64,000 nt of DNA, from the IMG/VR virus record IMGVR_UViG_3300045988_167906; one strand, written 5' to 3'. Numbering within the stretch: the first letter of the stretch is position 1; every line of letters starts with the position of its first letter. The DNA is from a virus. The notes beneath the pieces are model-generated. The model was not told the DNA's origin and ran no database searches. It saw only the letters and a list, made by a program, of their open reading frames with translations. Positions 49,948 to 57,782 of this stretch are shown piece by piece. Made by a program: the position numbers and the translations under genes.

Positions 49948-50760
49948 ATGGCTCGTTCAGATATTTTAGAAAAAGAAAAAGAAATTCGTTAGTGGATAAA
50001 CGAAGAAAAATCTAAACGTTATATATGTGAATAGTTGCATTGTAAACCTGAAACTTTAAATTCTTATTTGGAGAAAATGAATATTGAATATAAGGGATAG
50101 CCTTATAAAAAAGGATAGAATAAAAATCCTCGATGTTATAAGCCAGCTATTTATTATATTGATAATCATAAGTATATTAGCTCTTCTGTTTTAAGACAAA
50201 AATTAGTAAAAGATGGATTGAAAAAAGACAAATGTGAAATTTGTGGTATTTCTATGTGGCAAGGAATTAAATTACCTTTAGAATTACATCATAAAAATGG
50301 AAACCATTTTGATAATGATTTAAATAATCTACAAATTTTATGTCCTAATTGTCATTCAATTCAAAATGGAAATAGTGGAGCAAATATCGGTAAATACGCG
50401 GGATTGCTGGAATAGGTAGACAACTCATCTTTAGACGGTGAGGCCGACAGGTGTGAGGGTCCGAGTCCCTCATCCCGCACCAATCATATTCAAAAGAAAA
50501 ATTATTGTTGTGATTGTGGAAAAGAGATATGTTTAAAAGCTATTAGATGTAAATCTTGTGCATCTAAATTTAGACAAAATTCTAAATCTCCAGATAGAGA
50601 AATTTTAAAAGAATTAATTAGAACTACACCATTTGTAACTATAGGGAAAATGTATGAAGTTTCTGATAATGCTGTCAGAAAATGGTGTAAAAATTATGAT
50701 TTACCTTATTAGTCATTAAAAATTAAAAAAATTTCTGATGAAGATTGGAAAAATATTTAA
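49948..50760 (+). CDS. HNH homing endonuclease with N- and C-terminal HTH-like domains; six in-frame TAGs
   Basis: CEICG...ELHHKNGNHFDNDLNNLQILCPNCH is an HNH motif. A single 813-nt frame runs from the AAAGGAG RBS through six TAGs to TAA. Listed ORF 50218-50415 is an internal fragment. Confidence 0.65.
50398..50482 (+). other. tRNA-like element (gcgggat...atcccgc-A-CCA, T arm gaggg-tccgagt-ccctc) embedded in frame inside the HNH ORF
   Basis: A 7-bp perfect acceptor pairing, T arm and CCA are all present. D and anticodon arms do not fold. Confidence 0.3.
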
Positions 50761-50772
50761 TATATAAGGTGT

Positions 50773-50800
50773 GAAGGTTCGAATCCTTTCACCGGTACCA
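50773..50800 (+). pseudogene. 3' tRNA fragment (T arm gaagg-ttcgaat-ccttt, acceptor caccggt, A, CCA) immediately after the HNH gene
   Basis: See 49836-49900. Confidence 0.4.
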
Positions 50801-51293
50801 ACAGTGAAGTAGTAGCTATACTCATTATAATCAAGGCTCGGTGGTTGGTGGCTCCATCGTTATGTAAATAAGCCATATGTATATTACTTCTTGGTGTAAT
50901 GGAAGCATACTGCCTGAAAGAGGCGGAGGTATTGGTTCGATCCCGATAGAAGGAGTAATTAAAGCTAGGAAATGATAATCGCCTAAATAAATAAAGGATT
51001 ATTATTAAAGGTTATTTAGATTAAGGAAGCGGTTGAAGTTATTACTTACTTGATTATAAAATAACATGACCGCAAGACGAGTGTTTGAAGCTTGTCTATA
51101 AACAAATTCTTCATATGTTGTCTTTTTATACTTTCTCTTTGGTTGTTTCTTGACATATAAGTAAAAACGGAAAGGGAGTTAAAGGTTTAGCTATAAAACC
51201 GGTTTGTTTTTAATAAGATTTTTAAAATTAGGTGACAAAATCTTATTTGAGTGACGCTGCTCAGGAGGGTCCGGAACCTCTGAAATGCGATAT

Positions 51294-51370
51294 GCGGTTG
51301 TAGCTCAGTTGGTAGCAGCATTTGCCTTTTAAGCAAAGGGTCGGGAGTTCGAGCCTCCCCAACCGCACCA
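51294..51370 (+). tRNA. tRNA-Lys (TTT)
   Basis: Acceptor gcggttg/caaccgc, anticodon loop ctTTTaa, T arm gggag-ttcgagc-ctccc, CCA encoded. Confidence 0.8.
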
Positions 51371-51740
51371 GGTCAAGTTTGAGAAATTTCATAAAGCATC
51401 GCTGACGTTAAATGGCACTTATATGAAAACGCGTAAGTAATATAAGATAGCAAAATTCTCGTAGTTCATCCTATTAGAGAATCTTAAAGAGTAATGGCAA
51501 GGTCATATCGCGGGAGACCGTGCGTATGAGATACCAATAAAGGTAGCACATCTTGTGTTGAACAAGATAAAAGATGGAAAGGATACCTGCCATACTTGGA
51601 CGGTAAAAGAAGGCGTTGAATGTAATCGAAAAATATTCCGTTGGTTCTTAGGGGAGCGACGTAACAGTGAAACCCGAGGTTTGAGTTACCTTGTCCAAAC
51701 GCTATGTATAGTCAAAGTCTAGGCAACAAGGTTTTAATTT

Positions 51741-51817
51741 GCGGGATTAGCTCAGCTGGTTAGAGCGTTTGGTTTACACCCAAGAGGTCATTGGTTCAAA
51801 TCCAATATTCCGCACCA
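51741..51817 (+). tRNA. tRNA-Val (TAC) copy 1
   Basis: gcgggat/attccgc, loop ttTACac, T arm attgg-ttcaaat-ccaat, CCA encoded. Confidence 0.85.
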
Positions 51818-51820
51818 TAA

Positions 51821-51858
51821 GCAGGGCAACGCGGGTTCGATCCCCGCCTGGCGCACCA
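51821..51858 (+). other. tRNA 3'-half-like element (T arm gcggg-ttcgatc-cccgc, acceptor ctggcgc, A, CCA) with no matching 5' half
   Basis: Directly abuts tRNA-Val copy 1. Confidence 0.4.
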
Positions 51859-52064
51859 TTTGAGTTAAAAAGTATAAATCTTATAAACTCCCTGTAAAAT
51901 CAGGCGGACAGATGGACCGATAGTACCATTATTGTGGAAGTCAGGCAGGTCCATTTTACTGGGCTTACTGTAAAAGCCAGTTTAATACACCCTCCATACC
52001 CAATGAGGAATTTTTATAAAGGTCTATTTAATTTTTCTTGGTAGTTTAGTTAAATAGACTGTAT

Positions 52065-52141
52065 GCGGGATTAGCTCAGTTGGTTAGAGCGTTTGGTTTA
52101 CACCCAAGAGGTCATTGGTTCGAATCCAATATCCTGCACCA
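52065..52141 (+). tRNA. tRNA-Val (TAC) copy 2
   Basis: Near-identical to copy 1 (three substitutions). Confidence 0.85.
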
Positions 52142-52206
52142 ATAAATTTGAAAATTTAAAAAAAATATTATATAATATATATATAATAATAAAGGAGATA
52201 TTTGAA

Positions 52207-52374
52207 ATGGCAACTACTAAGAAACCTGCAATTAAAATGGACAGCACAGAGTTGAACGAGTATCTTCTGTTCCGCCGTCGTAGATCAATTGTGCCTGCCA
52301 AGAAAGGTAAGGGCATGGAATATGATAGAGCGAAGGAAAAAGAAAAATCTGAAAAAATGATTTCTGATGAATAA
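52207..52374 (+). CDS. small basic protein (55 aa)
   Basis: Late promoter 52150-52190, RBS AAGGAG. Confidence 0.4.
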   Translation: MATTKKPAIKMDSTELNEYLLFRRRRSIVPAKKGKGMEYDRAKEKEKSEKMISDE

Positions 52375-52378
52375 ATAT

Positions 52379-52451
52379 GCTCCCATCGACAAGTGGTCTA
52401 AGTCACCAGCCTTTCACGCTGGAGTCGCCGGTTCAAATCCGGCTGGGAGTA
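52379..52451 (+). tRNA. tRNA-Glu (TTC)
   Basis: gctccca/tgggagt, 3-bp D stem, loop ctTTCac, T arm gccgg-ttcaaat-ccggc. No encoded CCA. Confidence 0.7.
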
Positions 52452-52535
52452 GAGATACAAATTCTACAACCTTCACGCGGTGTATCTTGTTTTAACTAAT
52501 GTAGAATAAAGTAAATAAAAAGGAGCTGTTTAATT

Positions 52536-53159
52536 ATGGCATACATTTATTAGATTATTAATGATATAAATTAGAAAATTTATGTTGGTAAAACTGAATT
52601 TTCTATTGAAAAACGTTTTAAAGAACATTGTAAAGATGCTTTTAGAGAGCGCAATGAAAAACGTCCATTATATTCAGCAATGCGAAAATATGGAGTAGAA
52701 CATTTTCATATTGAACTAATTGAAGAAACTGATGATGCTAATAATCGAGAAACTTATTGGATTGAAAAATTAGGTTCTTTTAAATGGGGATATAATGCTA
52801 CAATAGGCGGAGATGGTAAAAAGTATCTTGATTATGATTTAATTATTGCTTCTTATCAAGAAATTAAAAATATTGAAGAAACTGCTCGTAAATTAGGAAT
52901 TTCTTCTGATAGTGTAGAAAGAATTCTTAAAGAAAAAAAAGAAAAAATTTATTCTCAACAAGAAGTTAATTTAGTTAAATCAGGTAAAAAAGTTGCTCAA
53001 TGTGATAAAAAAACTGGAAAAATTTTAAATATATTTCCATCTATTGGAAGTGCAGGTAGAGCTATTAATAAACCTGATATTACTCATATAAGCGCTGTAT
53101 GTTTAGGTAAAAGACAAAGTGCTTATGGTTATAAATGGAAATTTATTGAAAATAATTAA
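52536..53159 (+). CDS. GIY-YIG homing endonuclease (I-TevI/Seg-like) with two in-frame TAGs
   Basis: MAYIY(TAG)IINDIN(TAG)KIYVGKTEFSIEKRFKEH matches the I-TevI N-terminus GIYQIKNTLNNKVYVGSA...KRWKRH, with the first TAG falling on the Q of GIYQI. C-terminal ...AYGYKWKF tail. Confidence 0.75.
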
Positions 53160-53173
53160 AATTATTCTTATAT

Positions 53174-53250
53174 GGTGCTATAGTTCAGTTGGCTAGAATG
53201 TCGGACTGTCTCTCCGAAGGTCAGGGGTTCGAGTCCCCTTAGCATCGCCA
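53174..53250 (+). tRNA. tRNA-Asp (GTC)
   Basis: D arm tagttcagttggctagaat as in bacterial tRNA-Asp, loop ctGTCtc, T arm agggg-ttcgagt-cccct, CCA encoded. Confidence 0.75.
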
Positions 53251-53282
53251 TTCGTTTTCTCGATATAAGCGATTTTGTTACA

Positions 53283-53345
53283 TAGAACTTGATAGAGCGT
53301 TCTATTAATCTGGTTAGATTAAGTTTTATAACTATCATATTTGGG
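53283..53345 (+). repeat. ~65-bp double-hairpin element (tagaac...gttcta; ttaatct...agattaa), repeated at 54432-54510
   Basis: Two near-identical copies, each immediately upstream of a tRNA. Confidence 0.5.
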
Positions 53346-53418
53346 GCACGGGACTGCATGGAGTGGTCGTCTCCCTTGCAAGGAGAAAAGCAGATGAGTT
53401 CGATTCTCATGTGTTCCA
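53343..53418 (+). tRNA. tRNA-Ala (TGC), with G3:U70
   Basis: ggggcac/gtgttcc gives a G3:U70 pair, anticodon arm tctcc-ctTGCaa-ggaga, T arm atgag-ttcgatt-ctcat. No CCA. Confidence 0.55.
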
Positions 53419-53557
53419 GTCATCTAAGATCCACAACCGCCACGAGGTAGATGATGGGTAATGCTAATAGTGGACAAAAATAAAAATCGGGCAAAGTTAA
53501 TTAAACTCCTCAAAAATTTTGCTAAATATAATAGAAGGAAAAAAGGAGTTGAATTAA

Positions 53558-54190
53558 ATGCCTAGAAAATTAACTCAAGAAGAATTTGAACAAAGAGTTT
53601 ATAAATGTGTAGGGGATAAATATTTTGTTATAAGTGAATATAAAGGAAAATCTAAACCAATAGATTTAAAATGCAATATTCATGATATTGTTTTTCAAGC
53701 ATCCGCAGAATGTTTTATGCGAGGTCCAAAAGAAGTAAGATGCTCTTGCCCTAAATGTTCAGAAGAAAAGAAAAATGAAAAATTTTCTGCAAATAGAACT
53801 GAATTAGAATGTGCTTATTGTGGAAAGAAATTTATTCGTCCAAATTCTAAATTGAATAATTCAAAAAGTGGAATATATTTTTGCTGTAGAGAACATAAAG
53901 ATTTAGCTCAACGGATAGAGTTTGGTTTGAAAGAAATTCAACCAAATCATTATGGAAATAATATTGAAAGTATATATACTTATCGTAAAAATGCTTTTAA
54001 ATATTATCCTCATAAATGTGCTATCTGTGGTTGGGATGAAGATAAAGATATTTTAGAAGTTCATCATATTAATGAAAATAGAGAACACAATGAATTAGAG
54101 AATTTAATCATATTATGTCCTATTTGTCATAAAAAATTAACTTCTCATAAATATAAATTAATTAATAGGGAAAAAATTATTTCTTATTAA
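53558..54190 (+). CDS. HNH homing endonuclease
   Basis: C-terminal CAICGWDEDKDILEVHHINENREHNELENLIILCPICH. Confidence 0.7.
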   Translation: MPRKLTQEEFEQRVYKCVGDKYFVISEYKGKSKPIDLKCNIHDIVFQASAECFMRGPKEVRCSCPKCSEEKKNEKFSANRTELECAYCGKKFIRPNSKLNNSKSGIYFCCREHKDLAQRIEFGLKEIQPNHYGNNIESIYTYRKNAFKYYPHKCAICGWDEDKDILEVHHINENREHNELENLIILCPICHKKLTSHKYKLINREKIISY

Positions 54191-54213
54191 TTTATGAAAA
54201 ATTTATAATATTT

Positions 54214-54256
54214 GGAGCTTGAGGCAAAGCGAGTTCGACTCTCGCAAGTTCCACCA
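54214..54256 (+). other. tRNA minihelix (acceptor ggagctt/aagttcc, T arm gcgag-ttcgact-ctcgc, A, CCA) lacking D and anticodon arms
   Basis: 43 nt. Folds as an acceptor/T coaxial stack only. Confidence 0.4.
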
Positions 54257-54328
54257 TTAAGTGTGATATATTCCAAACACGTAGGGTGGTAAGCACACGG
54301 GTTTTCTAGAAGCCTTCCCTATGAATAT

Positions 54329-54404
54329 GGATGCATAGCTCAGTTGGTAGAGCAATTGACTGTTAATCAATGGGTCGGAGGATCATACCCTTCTGCATCC
54401 GCCA
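54329..54404 (+). tRNA. tRNA-Asn (GTT)
   Basis: ggatgca/tgcatcc, loop ctGTTaa, CCA encoded. Confidence 0.8.
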
Positions 54405-54508
54405 CCGCACTCGCGGAAAACATACAACTCAACTGGTGCATAGAACTTGATGGAGCGTTCTATTAGTCTGATGCCTGCATTAGATTAAGTTTTATAACCA
54501 TCATATTT

Positions 54509-54582
54509 GGGGACATAGTTTATGGTAGGAAAACGTTGAATTTAATTCAAAGTCGAGGGTGCGATTCCCTCTGGCTCCACCA
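54509..54582 (+). tRNA. type-I tRNA with anticodon loop aT-TTA-At (anticodon UUA); nonsense-suppressor candidate
   Basis: Acceptor ggggaca/tggctcc (6 of 7), D arm gttt-atggtagga-aaac, anticodon stem tga(a)/(t)tca, T arm gaggg-tgcgatt-ccctc, discriminator A, CCA encoded. Confidence 0.5.
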
Positions 54583-54716
54583 TTTATGAAAGACAATACA
54601 GCAATTATAAATTTGCTTTGGGAGCCGTGTGTTGTAGGTTCGAGTCCTACTGTCTGGTTGAAGATCGGATATAGCGTAATTGGTAGCGCAACGTATAAAA
54701 ATTGTCTTGTTAATAT

Positions 54717-54792
54717 TGCGGGATCGTCAAGTGGTTAAGACACCAGCCTCATAAACTGGTTATCGTGGGTTCGAATCCCACTCCCGCAACCA
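54717..54792 (+). tRNA. tRNA-Met/fMet/Ile2 (CAT)
   Basis: tgcggga/tcccgca, anticodon loop ctCATaa, T arm gtggg-ttcgaat-cccac, CCA encoded. Preceded by a degenerate 5' tRNA half at 54665-54716. Confidence 0.65.
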
Positions 54793-54916
54793 TATGAAAA
54801 GCCCACACAGCAATTTTTAATAAGGTTAAATAAGAAATTCTGCAAAAATTTTTTAGAGTTGGTTCAAATCCAGCAAATGATTTTAGGGCTTTGTTAAAAT
54901 TGTTAAGGAGAAAATA

Positions 54917-55102
54917 ATGAAGTTCAATCCAGGAGATAAGGTCTGGTGTAAGAAGTATGGCAAGGGTAAGTGCCGCAAGACTGATGATAAGGACAATTTC
55001 ATGACTTATCTTTTCAGATTTTATGATGGTACTCTGATTTGGATGCCAAAACGTCAGGCTGAACATTTTGTAAGAGTTCGTTCCACCGAGGCCACGGTGT
55101 GA
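54917..55102 (+). CDS. hypothetical small protein (61 aa)
   Basis: RBS AAGGAG. Confidence 0.4.
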   Translation: MKFNPGDKVWCKKYGKGKCRKTDDKDNFMTYLFRFYDGTLIWMPKRQAEHFVRVRSTEATV

Positions 55103-55261
55103 ATATAAAGTCCGGTTATAGGAAATCCTGTCATTAGGCGGCAGGCTACCGGTAATCCTTTCTTATATATTTAAATATGTAAGGAACAAAAACTATACAA
55201 TAGATAGAGTTTTTACGCCTTGGCGCAATGCTTGTTTTTTACTATCTATTTTTTTATATTC

Positions 55262-55348
55262 GGAGTCGTGGGATAATGGTATTCCAATGGATTGCTAATC
55301 CATCCTACCTCTTGGGTAGTCCGCGTTCGAGTCGCGGCGATTCCGCCA
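55262..55348 (+). tRNA. tRNA-Ser (GCT), type II
   Basis: ggagtcg/cgattcc, 3-bp D stem, loop ttGCTaa, long variable arm ctacc-tctt-gggtag, T arm ccgcg-ttcgagt-cgcgg, CCA encoded. Confidence 0.8.
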
Positions 55349-55354
55349 TTATAT

Positions 55355-55442
55355 GTAGGAGTGCCAGAGTGGTCGATTGGGTTAGTCTCCAAAACTAATT
55401 GTAGCTGCACATCCAGGGTTCGAATCCCTTGCTCCTATGCCA
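55355..55442 (+). tRNA. type-II tRNA (Ser/Leu-like architecture) with apparent anticodon CCA
   Basis: Acceptor pairing, 3-bp D stem, anticodon arm ttagt-ctCCAaa-actaa, ~15-nt variable arm, T arm with ttcgaat, CCA present. Confidence 0.5.
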
Positions 55443-55715
55443 TACGTATTAAGACTCATTTTCAGCAAACTTTTGCCTGTAAAGGCTCTACAATACTTAT
55501 TTATTACTAATAGATGAAAAAGTATAATAAAGAAAATAAAGTATATTTTGAAAAGTTTTTTCTTTTTAGCTAGTTTAGTAAACTAAATTTCGCATTTTTT
55601 CTTCTGGCTTTTCAATGAGTCTTGTTTATTAAAATAATTGGTATCGCTAAGCTTTATGGTAATTGTGGTGTATTTAAATCATAGATAGTTAAGGGTCTAT
55701 AGCCAATTATGGTAT

Positions 55716-55804
55716 GCGGAATTAACTTGCCCGGCGGTAAGCCTTGTCTTGAAAACAAGTGGTCCTGTGACAGGGATGGGGATCGACACCTCAGTTCCGC
55801 GCCA
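55716..55804 (+). tRNA. tRNA-Ser (TGA)-like, type II; D arm degenerate
   Basis: gcggaat/gttccgc, anticodon arm cttgt-ctTGAaa-acaag, long variable arm, T arm tgggg-atcgaca-cctca, G plus CCA. Confidence 0.45.
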
Positions 55805-55850
55805 CTCGTTTCAAATTCGTTCATTGCATTTCATCCTTTCTATAAAGATG

Positions 55851-55888
55851 GACTGATTAGATTAATCAGTCCATCTTTTTTTTTATAT
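55851..55888 (+). terminator. strong rho-independent terminator (13-bp stem gatggactgatta/taatcagtccatc plus T9) closing the tRNA array
   Basis: Perfect hairpin plus TTTTTTTTT. Confidence 0.8.
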
Positions 55889-56167
55889 ATTTTAAAGACA
55901 GTAGGTTATAAGTTGCTCTGGCCGGCTTGGACCATTAAAACCAAATGCTTAAATTAAAATTCCATTTAAGAAATTTTCGGTCCAACAGGTATAGAGCAAT
56001 ATAAAATAATTTTAAATATGAAAGGAGAAGGACAATATGAAAATGTTTATTCTTTCATATAAGGGCGGCAAAGATGGCGGCGATATTGACAAAGAAGATA
56101 CTTCCAAGTCAACAGGCGGCTGGGATGGCGGCTCTATAGATGATGATTAAAGAAAGGAGAACACGAG

Positions 56168-57229
56168 ATGGCTGAAATTATTAAGTTAAGACGCGGTAAA
56201 TCAACTAGTTGGTCTAAAAAGAATATAGTCCTGGCAGCTGGTGAAATCGGCGTAGAACTTAATACACATTAGATTAAAGTCGGCGATGGTTCAACCCCTT
56301 GGAATGAACTATCTTATGTAGGCGGAACTAAAGTTGTTAATGTTCAAGAATACACTGATAATCCAGCAGTTGTAGATGGCGTGCCTTATCAATCTATTGA
56401 TGTAGCATTTATGAAGGCTCCAGCAGGAAGTACAATTCGTCTTAATGCTAACTTTGATAACAGTGTTTCTATTGATAAAGCATTGACTATTGAATTAAAT
56501 GGTAATGATATTATTAATAATGAAAAAACTCCAATAGATATCAAAGCAAACGGCGATTTAACTATTAAGGGCCAAGGTACTATTGAATGTAATAAGAATG
56601 AAAATGCCGCAGTTTTTAATAATGGTAATATTACTATTAATAATGGTAAATTACAACGTACTACTGATGTATCAGGTAATGGTTATTATACTGCTGTTAA
56701 TCATGGCACTATGACAATCAATGGCGGCATGTTTATGAGTGGTGGCGAATTTTCCAGTATGATTGAAAATGGCTATTGGGATTATCACGCTGGTAATACT
56801 ACTAATGGCTATGTTCAAGGTCAAAATGCTGAAGCACCTACATTAACTATTAATGATGGTACATTTGCTGGCGGTTTATATGCTATAAAAAATGACGATA
56901 ATGCTATTTTAAATATTAATGGCGGCACATTCTATAATACTATTCTTGCTAATGGTAAGTCAATGACTATCACTGATGGGTATTTTGAAAATAGTAAGCC
57001 AAGTCAAGGCGAATATAATTTTTATCTTCGTAAATTAAGTGAAGATTTAAATCCTCAAAATACATATATTAGTGGCGGTACATTTATTACTGCACAAGAT
57101 AAGAATTTCAAGGTTGAGGGCGATCCTCATATTGAAATTAGTGGTGGTCGTTTTAATAGAGAATTAGATCCTTCTTATTTGGCTCCTGGCTATAGACAAA
57201 TACTTGTCAATGGCTTCTATACTGTCTAG
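56168..57229 (+). CDS. tailspike / tail-fibre protein with right-handed beta-helix repeats; TAG at 56279
   Basis: N-terminal anchor MAEIIKLRRGKSTSWSKKN...LNTH(TAG)IKVGDGSTPWNELSYVGG shared with 57245, 57783, 61719 and 63467. Downstream N-x-x-G / INGG repeats. Confidence 0.65.
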
Positions 57230-57244
57230 AAGGAGGAATAATCT

Positions 57245-57760
57245 ATGGCTGATATCATCAAGTTCAAAAGAGGTCGATCAACTACATGGCGCGAAAAAAA
57301 CTTATTACTTAAGGATGGCGAACCTGGATTTGAATTAGATACTCATAAACTGAAAATTGGTGATGGTAAAACCTTATGGAATGATTTACCATATATCGGT
57401 GGCGAAAGTGGTACAATTGATCTTCCTGATAATGTAATGGAATTTTTAGGCACAGTTGATACACTTCCAGCTACTGCTGAAGATGGAGAAATGTGTATTT
57501 ATGATGGTAAATTATATATTTATGATGGTAAATGGACAACTACAGAAACTTCTTCTTCAGCACAAAATTCTTTCAATTCTTTAGTAGATGCAATTAACTA
57601 TATCACTTAGCATAATTGTGTTGGTCAAATTGTATCTATCTTTTAGAATAATAAATGGTTGCCTTATATTGTAGATGTAAATAATGATCTTGTACCTATT
57701 CAATATGGAGAAGATAGTTATAATATTCTCAATGGCGGCGACGCAAATACTCTTAATTAA
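57245..57760 (+). CDS. tail-fibre protein (short), extended through two TAGs
   Basis: MADIIKFKRGRSTTWREKN...LKIGDGKTLWNDLPYIGG. Read-through restores C-terminal ...LNGGDANTLN, matching ...LNGGNASTLI at the end of 59028-61670. Confidence 0.6.
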
Positions 57761-57782
57761 TTTTATAGGAGGAAAATGATTT

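Noticed and set aside
55709-55957. Listed ORF 55709-55957 (+)
   Set aside because: Overlaps the tRNA-Ser(TGA)-like gene and the strong terminator hairpin. No RBS.
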